From a virus (lineage: Duplodnaviria; Caudoviricetes), in the IMG/VR virus record IMGVR_UViG_3300012979_000027, positions 144,369 to 208,368 of that record: 64,000 nucleotides of DNA; one strand, written 5' to 3'. The notes under the pieces are model-generated. The model was not told where the DNA came from and did no database searches. It worked only from the letters and a program-made list of their open reading frames with translations. Numbering within the stretch: position 1 is the first letter of the stretch; the number at the start of each line of letters is the position of its first letter. Of the stretch, positions 41,710-51,504 are shown piece by piece. Position numbers and translations under genes: made by a program.

Positions 41710-42489
41710 TGAATAAGTCAAGAATTTATACAAGTTCTAATACTGATGATTTATATGTTTTAGGTTTAAAAGATGGCCAAAATGTAAGAATTAAGGTAAA
41801 AGATTTATCATGTCATAGCGGAATTATTATTAATTCCGGTTCTGAAGATTCATTATCTATCTCTTCTACATTTTATTCATCTTATGATGAATTATATAAT
41901 GATTTTAAAGAAAATAAGTTAAAATCTAATACTATTTTTATAGTAAATGATAAAGGCACTTTAGAACAATACATTATTCATAATAATTCTATTATTCCTA
42001 TAGGCGGTGGCATTAATACTATAACAGAAGGTGTTGAAAATAATAAAAATGAAATATCATCGACTGCAAGAGATAATGATGGAATTATAGATTATAATAT
42101 GCCTGAATTAGTTAATCGGTAATTATATGTACAAAAATCACGATAATATTACTCATGTTTATTGCGATATGCCGGCACTCAAAACGGGTAGACAAATGTT
42201 TTATGGGACATCATTAATTTCTTTTTCGGGAGATTTATCTTCTCTTACAGATGGTTATCATATGTTTAGCAAGGGTTGTAGATTAGATAGTGAATCTATT
42301 ATTAATATCGTAGACGGGATTAATAATTTTGCTAAAAATAATGATAATAGCCATTTTATAGGAATTGGCTATGATTCTTCAAAGGTATCAGATACTTTTA
42401 AAAATGAAATAACACATGAGTTTAATTCTAAAGGTTGGGATGTATTTTGGTATAAAGATGGTGACCTTTCTAAATTTAATAAAAATTAA
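41709..42489 (+). CDS. Tail-associated protein with LRR-like repeat, interrupted by a +1 frameshift at CGG (42117-42119)
   Basis: ...YNMPELVN-G-NYMYKNHDNITHVYCDMPALKTGRQMF..SFSGDLSSLTDGYHMF; the junction rebuilds the L-VNG-xx-M repeat seen in 44547..48260. Confidence 0.75.
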
Positions 42490-42497
42490 TTTTAATT

Positions 42498-44513
42498 ATG
42501 AATACTAATTATACTACAAAAACGTCATCGCTTAAAGCAACTTTGGCAGATGTTCGTTTACTAAATGCGACAAAAATTAAAGTCTCACCGGATGGAAAGG
42601 CATCTAGTGAGAAAAAGGATATTATTGAAATTATTAAAGATGTTGAACAAACTGCTACAGACGCTATTAACAATAGTGGTATTCATGTAGGTATTGAGAC
42701 TAGTATGGTTAAAGGTGGTCTAAACGGCAACCTTAATATTGATGCAGATGGAGATAATTTACTTGATGCTGGTATTCCACAGAAAGTTAAAGGTATGAAC
42801 TTCTGCGGTAATGTTGCTGTTGTAAACAATGCTGATGGCACTGTTGATTTCTGGTTTATGAATCCTGATAATCACAGCAAGCCCACAAAAGCTACTGAAT
42901 CTGGTGCTCCTGGTCAATCAATGTACGTTTATGACGGTACTGTCAATACAGACGGTCTTACTAAGAATTCTCAACACGGTAGATGTATCGTTGAATCTAG
43001 CAACGCAAATCTTACCTACACACTTGCTGGTACTGGTAAGAAGGACGGTTCTGAAACTTCTACGATGGCTGCTGATAATAAAATTTCCACAATCAAGGTT
43101 TATGTAACTGACGGTGACGGTACTGAACTTGCTACTGTTGAATCTCCTGCTATTTGTGAAGCAAATACAGCAACACAAGCTCGTGGCGGCACAATTACGC
43201 ACGCGGACAAGGGTGTAACAATTACCCTTACAGGTGTTACTGAGAACAAGGTTGATACTGCTAATAACATCAATGACGCTCAGCTTGGTTATACTCCTGG
43301 TTATGTTCGTTTTAGTGGTAAAGTTCAAGTTGCATCTTCTACAGTTCTTCCTGATGGCGGCACGATGAAGGTTAAGGTTGTATTCAATAATGGTTCTACT
43401 GAAACACAACTTATTCAGAGCGGTATTGTATATGCTTATCAGGCTAATACTCTTACTGCTGCTGACGCTCCTACTGCTGTTTACAGATATTCAACAGATA
43501 CTACAAAGCGTGTAAATATCTCAGGTATTACATATGATACTACTGGTACTATTACTCTTACTGTTAGTGGAATTAAAGGAACACAAAGAGGCGGTGCTCA
43601 CTCAAAGGCACAGTCTGCTCGTGCAAGATTGACAACTGCTGCTAGTGGTTCTAATGGTTTCTCAATTAGCGTTAAAGATGTAACAACCGCATTTGCAAGT
43701 GGAACACAGAATGGTGCTGATGCTGTATTCTCTGGAACTTTGAGTGATACGTTGGAACAAACTGGTAATCCTGTGAAGACTTCTATTAGTGCGGTTGGTG
43801 AAGTAAAGGTTTATGAGCAGACAGGTTCTTCTTCCAATGTTTCTAAATGTACACCTACTGTTGATGCTTCTGTAACAGATGCAGGTTGGCTTTACACAGG
43901 TGCAGCCCCAACTAATAATACACTTAGCTTGACTGATAGTGCAAATGTTTATGTAACCTTTACTCGTGATAATTCTCGTGTATTGGCTGACTATGATTCA
44001 TTGAAGGCAGGTACAGCACCAGGAACATTCGTTTCTACTAAATTGCTTAGCGAGACAGATTACATGAAGCAGCTTCTTGTTCAAGGCGGAACTCTTCGCC
44101 ATACTAAACAAGATAAAACTTCAACTTATACTAATATTACAGGTGATGGTAAGCGTTCTTATGTTGTTCCATTCACCGCTAATTACACAGGTTCAGTAAT
44201 TTATGCAACTGTTGGTGGTTTGTCTGCATTCAATACAGATAAGATTCGTATCTATATTGTATGTAAGAAGGCTGATGACTCTGTTGGTGCTCAGATGCTC
44301 AACAACTATAATGCTAATAACACATCAAGTGTTGCTACATATGGTGCTAATGCTATTGCACAAGATACTACACCTTCTTCTAACAGATGGAAGTGCGAAA
44401 TTGTTAAGGGAACATTTGCTCTTAACGAGACAGGTGCTACGTATTGGTTGGTAGTAGAAATGGAGACTAATTGTGATATTCAACCTACAAGTATTAAGAT
44501 TTCTGCTAAGTAA
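42498..44513 (+). CDS. Thr/Ser/Gly-rich tail structural protein
   Basis: Beta-rich composition; paralog of 51505..53476. Confidence 0.65.
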   Translation: MNTNYTTKTSSLKATLADVRLLNATKIKVSPDGKASSEKKDIIEIIKDVEQTATDAINNSGIHVGIETSMVKGGLNGNLNIDADGDNLLDAGIPQKVKGMNFCGNVAVVNNADGTVDFWFMNPDNHSKPTKATESGAPGQSMYVYDGTVNTDGLTKNSQHGRCIVESSNANLTYTLAGTGKKDGSETSTMAADNKISTIKVYVTDGDGTELATVESPAICEANTATQARGGTITHADKGVTITLTGVTENKVDTANNINDAQLGYTPGYVRFSGKVQVASSTVLPDGGTMKVKVVFNNGSTETQLIQSGIVYAYQANTLTAADAPTAVYRYSTDTTKRVNISGITYDTTGTITLTVSGIKGTQRGGAHSKAQSARARLTTAASGSNGFSISVKDVTTAFASGTQNGADAVFSGTLSDTLEQTGNPVKTSISAVGEVKVYEQTGSSSNVSKCTPTVDASVTDAGWLYTGAAPTNNTLSLTDSANVYVTFTRDNSRVLADYDSLKAGTAPGTFVSTKLLSETDYMKQLLVQGGTLRHTKQDKTSTYTNITGDGKRSYVVPFTANYTGSVIYATVGGLSAFNTDKIRIYIVCKKADDSVGAQMLNNYNANNTSSVATYGANAIAQDTTPSSNRWKCEIVKGTFALNETGATYWLVVEMETNCDIQPTSIKISAK

Positions 44514-44546
44514 AAATTTAACAAAATAGAAAAATAATTAAAAATT

Positions 44547-47500
44547 ATGGCTAATATATTTGATAAAGATACTGCAAGCACTGACAATCACTTGTTGAAT
44601 GAGCAGTTCCACGCATTCTCCAAATCTCCTTCAAGTCCTGGCTCTACCCTTGGTGGTGCTTCTAACCGTTCAGGTCACACTGTTTCTGCTAGCGATGTTT
44701 GGGCTGAAAAGATTCCCGCTTTCTTCTATCCAAAGGCTGATTCAGACTATGCAGTTTGTAAAGCAAATGCTAAGTTAAATGATATTTGTCGATGGGGTGA
44801 TGAAATTCAAATCTGGAATGGTTCTGAATTTATAAAGTTTGCTGATAATTATAATGCAATTCCAGATGGATGGATTTTCTGTAATGAAAATGACGAGCCT
44901 GTTGTGCGTTTTCATAAAAATCGTATAGCTTATAACCTTAACGATGTTAACAATGCTTATGACAATTCTCTCGATGCCAATAATAAAGGCGCTTCAGCAA
45001 AAATTCAAGGTTGGAATGGCCCCGTTAAGAAATATACAGTAACATTAGATGGAGATACTATTACTTATGAAGTGGTTGAAGGTTCCATGCACCCCTATGT
45101 TGAAAGTGCTCCAAACTTTATAACACAATTTGTTGCTCCTACTGATAACATTGTAAAGGGTGTTCCTTCTAAGGGTTACGGTCCTATCGTAATGGTAGGT
45201 GGAAGCCCTTTAACTGAAGACGCTGATTCTACTGCTGGTTATATTGCTAATAACTTCGCAGGTATTATTCAGTTCAATGAAAGAAAAGCTCAAGGAACAG
45301 TAACAGTTCATGCCTTTGAATACTGCGGTAAAACACTTGGAAATACTATCGGCAATATTGCAGACCTTGAAAGCAAACTCACACCAATAACTACGGCGAT
45401 AACAGATGTCCAAACCACCGCTAATTCTAAGGTCGCTGATGTAAAAATTAATGACGTTTCTATTGTTAACGAAACTTCCAAAGTCGCTTCTCTCACGACT
45501 ACAAAAACTGATATAATTGCCGCCAACGCGAGTTCTAAGTCTACTAATCTTGCTACTGAGGCTTCTGTTGCTAAAGCAGTTGCTAAGGTTCTTGAAGATG
45601 CTAATGCTTACTCTGATACCCTCCATAGTACAAATCTTGTCTATATTGTTCTTGGTGACAATGAAACTCTCCCGGAACCTTCTGCTAACACAGTTGGTAA
45701 GATTTACCTTGTAAAGGAAGGTAATACAGCCAATGACGAAACTGACATCGATGCTATCAGTGGTTCTTATGTAGAGTACATGACTCGCAAGGCAAGTGAA
45801 ACGGAATATGTTTGGGAAAAGATTGGTACTACCGCTGCTGACCTTACTGGTTATGCTAAAACTATCACAATTAATGGTGAATCTAAAACAGTTTCAAGTA
45901 ATGCAGTAGACCTTGGCAATGTTGCTATAAGCGTAACTGCAGGTAATGGTATTACTAGTGGTACTGTAAGTACTGGAGGTGCTCTTTCACTCACTCTTGA
46001 TGAGGCTGATATTAATAAGAAGGGTATTGTTCAACTTGCTTCTACTCACGAAGCTTCTAATACTACTAAGGCTGCTACAGGTGCAACTGTTGCTTCTGCT
46101 ATTAGTGGCATTGGTTCTACCTCACTAAGTGATAATGGCGTTACGGTAACAACTGGTGGTGGTTCTGTAACAGGTGTCGAAGTTGCTACTACTTCTCTTG
46201 TAAACGAAGGCTCTCTTGTTGGATTTGTAACAGATGATAACCTTATCACCGCTGCTGATGCTCTCGCAGCTATCAAACTTGCTAAACCTGAGAATTATAT
46301 TTCTACTGTAAGCGACGGTGAAACTGATGCCGAAGGTAGTTATGTTAATGTAACTTCAGGGGAAACAAAACTTGTTATCAAAGACGGTCGTGAAAATGTT
46401 TATACTAATGACCTTTGGGGTACTACCGTAAGTATGGTTAGTAATACCATTACTGTTCAAGGTGGTCCGATTGATGGAACAGACTGGGGTCCGAAAAATG
46501 GTTATAATACTAAGGGTGAAGTATATACTTATATTACATATTATCCACAAGGTTCTAATCCTATCACTAAGGTAGAGAATAATATGGTTTATAATGGAGC
46601 TACTGAAGTAGCCAACATCAAAACAAATGAGATTGTCAATGGTACTAATATGTTCTCCGGCACTTCTCTTGAATCATTTAATAGTGACTTGAGTAGCCTT
46701 GTCGATGGTAATCGTATGTTCTACAAGACTTCTCTTGCTTCATTTAGTGGAGATTTGAGTAGCCTTGTCGACGGTTATCAGATGTTTTACAACACTTCTC
46801 TTAAGTCGTTTAATGGTGACTTGAGCAGCCTTGTTAATGGTACTAATATGTTCGTCGATTCTGAGTCATTTGAATCATTTAGTGGTGACTTGCTCAGCCT
46901 TGTCGATAGTAATTCCATGTTCTTTAACACTCCTCTTAAATCGTTTAGTGGTGATTTGAGCAGCCTTATCAATGGTTACCGTATGTTCTACAAGACTCCT
47001 CTTGCTTCATTTAGTGGAGATTTGAGTAGTCTTACTAATGGTAATTCCATGTTCACCAACACTTCTCTTACTTCGTTTAGTCGTGACTTGAGTAGCCTTG
47101 TCAATGGTTATTATATGTTCAGTAATTGTATCTCTCTTAAGTCGTTTAATGGCGACTTGAGCAGCCTTGTCAATGGTGGTGCTATGTTCTCCTCCACTTC
47201 TCTTGCTTCATTTAGTGGTGATTTGAGTAGCCTTGTCAATGGTACTAATATGTTCTCCGGCACTTCTCTTGAATCATTTAATAGTGACTTGAGTAGCCTT
47301 GTCAATGGTACTAATATGTTCTCCGGCACTTCTCTTGAATCATTTAATAGTGACTTGAGTAGCCTTGTCAATGGTTATTATATGTTCTCCTCCACTTCTC
47401 TTGCTTCATTTAGTGGTGATTTGAGTAGCCTTGTCAATGGTGCTGATATGTTCTCCTCCACTTCTCTTGCTTCATTTAGTGGTGATTTGAGTAGCCTTGT

Positions 47501-48260
47501 CAATGGTACTAATATGTTCAGTAATTGTGCCTCTCTTACTTCATTTAGTGGAGATTTGAGTAGCCTTGTCAATGGTACTAATATGTTCTCCTCCACTTCT
47601 CTTGACATTGAGTCTGTTGAGCTTATCTGTGATGTTCTTCCTAACTACAACACAGAAAATGGAGGTAAGAAGCTTAAAACTGCTACATGGAATTCAAGTG
47701 AAGGTAAGTATACCTACAGCGATTGGAATGGAACATCTAATTTCTATTATCCTATTATCGAGATTATTACTGATTATGACTCAATGTCTCAAGGTAATAC
47801 TGATGGTATTAACAGAAGTTTTGATACTGAATATATTAGCGCTTCTAATGTCAAGTCCATTACAATCAAATGGAAGAGTGGTAGTGCAATATTAGGGGAG
47901 GGACATGAAGCAGATAGAGAAAAAATTGCAAAACTCTTTACTAATACAGCTACTGAAAAGGGATGGACATTCCTTGTCAACACAGAAATTGCTGAAAGTG
48001 GTGAAATTGCTCCTCCTAATGCGATTATGGCAACAGATGGAACGATTCAGTATTATGTCTTGGCTAAAAAAGACGAAGCAACAGAAGACAATGCTACACA
48101 CATTGACGCAAGTGGCAAGTTGTGGAAGTTTGATACTGCTGAGGCGATTATTGGACCTAACATCAAGTATTGGTCAATATTTGCAACAGTTGAAGATGCT
48201 CTTACTGAATGGGGATTGACCCCTTGGACAAAACCTACTGAAGAAGAGACAGAAGCTTAA
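44547..48260 (+). CDS. Tail fibre/receptor-binding-like protein with LRR-like tandem repeats
   Basis: N-terminus shared with 53487..57872; GKIYLV..WEKIG and KGIVQL fibre motifs; repeat array. Confidence 0.75.
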   Translation: MANIFDKDTASTDNHLLNEQFHAFSKSPSSPGSTLGGASNRSGHTVSASDVWAEKIPAFFYPKADSDYAVCKANAKLNDICRWGDEIQIWNGSEFIKFADNYNAIPDGWIFCNENDEPVVRFHKNRIAYNLNDVNNAYDNSLDANNKGASAKIQGWNGPVKKYTVTLDGDTITYEVVEGSMHPYVESAPNFITQFVAPTDNIVKGVPSKGYGPIVMVGGSPLTEDADSTAGYIANNFAGIIQFNERKAQGTVTVHAFEYCGKTLGNTIGNIADLESKLTPITTAITDVQTTANSKVADVKINDVSIVNETSKVASLTTTKTDIIAANASSKSTNLATEASVAKAVAKVLEDANAYSDTLHSTNLVYIVLGDNETLPEPSANTVGKIYLVKEGNTANDETDIDAISGSYVEYMTRKASETEYVWEKIGTTAADLTGYAKTITINGESKTVSSNAVDLGNVAISVTAGNGITSGTVSTGGALSLTLDEADINKKGIVQLASTHEASNTTKAATGATVASAISGIGSTSLSDNGVTVTTGGGSVTGVEVATTSLVNEGSLVGFVTDDNLITAADALAAIKLAKPENYISTVSDGETDAEGSYVNVTSGETKLVIKDGRENVYTNDLWGTTVSMVSNTITVQGGPIDGTDWGPKNGYNTKGEVYTYITYYPQGSNPITKVENNMVYNGATEVANIKTNEIVNGTNMFSGTSLESFNSDLSSLVDGNRMFYKTSLASFSGDLSSLVDGYQMFYNTSLKSFNGDLSSLVNGTNMFVDSESFESFSGDLLSLVDSNSMFFNTPLKSFSGDLSSLINGYRMFYKTPLASFSGDLSSLTNGNSMFTNTSLTSFSRDLSSLVNGYYMFSNCISLKSFNGDLSSLVNGGAMFSSTSLASFSGDLSSLVNGTNMFSGTSLESFNSDLSSLVNGTNMFSGTSLESFNSDLSSLVNGYYMFSSTSLASFSGDLSSLVNGADMFSSTSLASFSGDLSSLVNGTNMFSNCASLTSFSGDLSSLVNGTNMFSSTSLDIESVELICDVLPNYNTENGGKKLKTATWNSSEGKYTYSDWNGTSNFYYPIIEIITDYDSMSQGNTDGINRSFDTEYISASNVKSITIKWKSGSAILGEGHEADREKIAKLFTNTATEKGWTFLVNTEIAESGEIAPPNAIMATDGTIQYYVLAKKDEATEDNATHIDASGKLWKFDTAEAIIGPNIKYWSIFATVEDALTEWGLTPWTKPTEEETEA
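46635..47603 (+). repeat. About 14.5 tandem 66-69-nt repeats encoding VNGxxMFxxTSLxSFSGDLSSL
   Basis: Visible directly in DNA (gtcaatggt...atgttc...acttctctt...tttagtggtgatttgagtagcctt) and in protein. Confidence 0.95.
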
Positions 48261-48282
48261 AATACTTCTTTTTGAATAACTG

Positions 48283-48315
48283 AAAACCCTCGAGTAAGCA
48301 ATCTCGAGGGTTTTT
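48283..48315. terminator. Bidirectional hairpin terminator
   Basis: aaaaccctcgag-taagcaat-ctcgagggttttt. Confidence 0.7.
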
Positions 48316-48340
48316 GCTTTTAAATTTTTAACTATAATTT

Positions 48341-49111
48341 TTAATCATCTTCACAATAACACTTCATCTTTTCTAATGATTTTTCTCTATCCCATAATTG
48401 CTGACCATAACGATTAGGTTTGAAAGCAACAGAAATCCATTCAGACCAATCAAAGGTTGGTTGTTCAAAGGCATTGACATGTCCTTTAATACCTTCAAAT
48501 ACATCAATAGACGCTCTCAATACAGGACACATTTCCATCAATACACTCACGACCTTATCTTCATTCCAACCTACTTCCACTCTCTTTTTCATGATACGAG
48601 CTTCCTCAGACTCTCCTTTTGCCATGTGATTACAAAGATTGAAAATAACGCTTACTCCTAACTTAGTAAAAGTCTGACAACAGCCATAACAACACAACTG
48701 TGCAAAGTATGAGCCTATTTGACCTAATTTATCAAGTAAATTCTCTTTCTTCAATCTATTTTCAATAGGTGTAATATAATCAAAGGTATTCAAAACACAA
48801 TCAGAATCAAGTTTGATAAGATAATCATAATCAAAGCGTTGAGCAATTTTAGCATATTCTATGAACATACCATGAATACACTCAAACCCATTTAGATTAC
48901 CATTACGATTGAAATGAGTTGTGATAAGAGTAGGAGAAGTTTCTAATTCTTTTTTCTTGATGTTCTTATCACAACGACCATCATCAAAAACATAAACCCT
49001 TACTTCATGTTCAGGATGTCTTTCAATAGTCTTCTGCAAATACTTTAACGACTGATTGAGAAAATCAACATCTTCATGATACGAAAAATAACAAACTGCA
49101 ATTTTACTCAT
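48341..49111 (-). CDS. GT-A fold glycosyltransferase-like protein
   Basis: YVFDDG, YLIKLDSD (DxD), YGCC, NED. Confidence 0.6.
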   Translation of the reverse strand: MSKIAVCYFSYHEDVDFLNQSLKYLQKTIERHPEHEVRVYVFDDGRCDKNIKKKELETSPTLITTHFNRNGNLNGFECIHGMFIEYAKIAQRFDYDYLIKLDSDCVLNTFDYITPIENRLKKENLLDKLGQIGSYFAQLCCYGCCQTFTKLGVSVIFNLCNHMAKGESEEARIMKKRVEVGWNEDKVVSVLMEMCPVLRASIDVFEGIKGHVNAFEQPTFDWSEWISVAFKPNRYGQQLWDREKSLEKMKCYCEDD

Positions 49112-49461
49112 ACTTCACCAATTTCCTTTCTATCTTTATTAGCCAAAGTATATGTTTCCATACGAACATTCTCTTTAGGCATAATTTCTATAAGTTTTTG
49201 AATAAGAACAGGAAGGTCAAATTCAACTACTGATGTATAACCTGATAAATTATCAAAATAACGAAGTTCCAAAATGGAATTCTTCATAGCAGGTTGTTCA
49301 TCGGTTTTATAATAAGCTCCTGTATCTCCTGTAGGAGTACCTACGTCAATTGTCATACGAAATCCTGCTTGCGCTGAAAATAGTTTAGGAGCTTTATGTA
49401 ACTCCAATGACCATTTCCCTGTTGCAGGATTATACTCAAATGGTTTATCAAATGTTGCCAT
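49108..49461 (-). CDS. Hypothetical protein
   Basis: 117-aa ORF overlapping the glycosyltransferase start. Confidence 0.55.
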   Translation of the reverse strand: MATFDKPFEYNPATGKWSLELHKAPKLFSAQAGFRMTIDVGTPTGDTGAYYKTDEQPAMKNSILELRYFDNLSGYTSVVEFDLPVLIQKLIEIMPKENVRMETYTLANKDRKEIGEV

Positions 49462-49534
49462 ATATTTTTAATTATATACTATATTTTTCAAAAATATTAT
49501 CATTTCTTTATTTTCTAGGATAAGTACATTCAAT

Positions 49535-49792
49535 ATGAAGTTTTTCGCAATCACTGATTACGATTTTACTCCCGCTCGTACAGAACGCGCAAATATCATT
49601 ATTATTAATGATCGTCGTATCTATGCGGAGGATTACGAACCGGGAGATTTTGAAGAAATTCGTGTAGACGGTGCCGCTTTAACTGTTCGTTTTAATGGCG
49701 GTAATGTTCGCTCTACTAACTGGACAGCAATTTATGACTTAGAGGTAGAGGACGAAGATAGAGATTATTATAAAGATTTTCTCCGACTTTAA
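49535..49792 (+). CDS. Hypothetical protein
   Basis: 85-aa ORF followed by hairpin aaaggttacc-tct-ggtaaccttt. Confidence 0.6.
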   Translation: MKFFAITDYDFTPARTERANIIIINDRRIYAEDYEPGDFEEIRVDGAALTVRFNGGNVRSTNWTAIYDLEVEDEDRDYYKDFLRL

Positions 49793-49879
49793 AATATTAA
49801 TTTCGTAATAAAAATAAAAGGTTACCTCTGGTAACCTTTCTTTATATAATAAGGCATTTAAACCTAAATAAAATACAGA

Positions 49880-50471
49880 ATGAGTCAACAATATACTTCA
49901 AGAACAGCAGCCTTAAAGGCAACTATAATTGATGCAATAAAATTAAGGGTTAAGGAAAAAATCGGAGATTCAGCATATGTTAATATCCTTGATTTAATAC
50001 CGTCTAAAGAAGAAGTTGAAACAACTTTGGCTATGCTTAAATCTAAAAGTAATTATATTGATACTCATGGTTGTTTATCTAAAAATGTAGAAGACACAAT
50101 CACCGATTTAAATGCATGGTTACGAGAACAAGTATCTCCTCTTGTAAGTTGTAAAGGATATTTTAATAATATTGAAATTGGTTCAGAAAATGCAATAACA
50201 AGAATTAATTTTAATTTATTACGAGAAATAATTTCTGACTCTTTTATAAAAAATTGCATTATAAACGGAACGGTTATTATACAATTTTCAGCATTAGAAA
50301 CTATTAATAGTAATCGGAATATTTGACAATCTTACAAATAATGGAAATCTTATTATGGAATTTCCTATGTTAAACCATAATATTAATATAGTTTCACAAA
50401 CTTACAATGGTTCTGGTACAATAGAAGTGTCTAATCCAGATAATATAACAGTAACTTTACCACAGATATAA
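49880..50471 (+). CDS. Late structural protein, interrupted by a +1 frameshift at CGG (50315-50317)
   Basis: TAAATA upstream; N-terminus like 42498 (YT..T..LKAT). After the skip it reads GIFDNLTNNGNLIMEFPMLNHNINIVSQTYNGSGTIEVSNPDNITVTLPQI*, ending at 50471 directly against the next gene. Confidence 0.65.
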
Positions 50472-50828
50472 TTAATTCATTTTTAGTAGATAAGATGTTT
50501 TATTTGCTATATTATTAAAATCATCAATAAGCGATTCTAATGCAGCTGTATTTGCATATTTGTTAATTGAAGTTGAAAATTCATCAAATGCTCTTTCAAA
50601 TGATATTCTCAGATCCTCTTCATCGTCTGGTGTGTGTAGTTGAAATTTAAAATTAATATTAAAATTTTTAACATTATTAGCTCCAATACACGATTCAACA
50701 AATTCATCAATTTTATCTGAAAACTCAGTATATGCTTCATCCAAAACTTTATGATGAGCGTAAGAATTAGTAATCCAATGTAATGATTTTATAGTATTTA
50801 AAAATAAGAAAAACGGTCCAAAATTCAT
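50472..50828 (-). CDS. Ferritin/Dps-like small protein (DUF5856-like)
   Basis: LHW.T.SYAHHK.LD..Y......D.FVE...G and N...YLL. Confidence 0.75.
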   Translation of the reverse strand: MNFGPFFLFLNTIKSLHWITNSYAHHKVLDEAYTEFSDKIDEFVESCIGANNVKNFNINFKFQLHTPDDEEDLRISFERAFDEFSTSINKYANTAALESLIDDFNNIANKTSYLLKMN

Positions 50829-50858
50829 TATTTTTATTTAAAAACATATTTTTATAAA

Positions 50859-51485
50859 ATGGGATATTATAACAAAGATTTAGAATTAAAAAATATAATA
50901 GATATTAAAAAAGATACTATTTATGACGGTATCGGAATACTTAATAATACTTTGATTACCTTTGATTGCTCTTCATTTGCCAACTTAGAGGCAGACGAAA
51001 TAAATTATATTTCTACTGAAAAATCATTGGAAGATTTTATTCATCAAGAAAAAGTTGATGATTCTAATAATGAAAAAGACCCTTATAATATAAGCTATGA
51101 AGATAAAACACCTTTATTTATTAACAACTTATTTAAAATAATTATAGATTATCAAGATGGTATAACTGAAGAACGATTTAACTCAAATGATGAACAATGG
51201 TTAATCTTTGAACATAAATTTCAATTTAAAGATAATAAATTTATACGTAATAAAGATGATAACGATTTTCCAGGAGAAATTAAATTAATAATATTTGATT
51301 TAGTAGGTCATAAATTTGAAATATTAATACCATTTTATGTTTTTAAACAATCTATATTTGAAAGTGATAATTCAAATCAAGCAATAAAATTATTATATGC
51401 AAATTTAGATAATGAAGGAAAAATTTCATATATCTTTAAAATTAATAATGAAGTAGTATTGGCAAAATATCTAAAATTAGATTAA
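50859..51485 (+). CDS. Hypothetical (virion?) protein
   Basis: 208-aa ORF. Confidence 0.55.
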   Translation: MGYYNKDLELKNIIDIKKDTIYDGIGILNNTLITFDCSSFANLEADEINYISTEKSLEDFIHQEKVDDSNNEKDPYNISYEDKTPLFINNLFKIIIDYQDGITEERFNSNDEQWLIFEHKFQFKDNKFIRNKDDNDFPGEIKLIIFDLVGHKFEILIPFYVFKQSIFESDNSNQAIKLLYANLDNEGKISYIFKINNEVVLAKYLKLD

Positions 51486-51504
51486 TTAAATATAATTTAT
51501 AATT

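Noticed and set aside
46635-47603. CRISPR array or DGR template/variable repeat
   Set aside because: The repeats are in-frame coding units without unique spacers. No cas or reverse transcriptase gene is in the window, and the differences are not adenine-specific.
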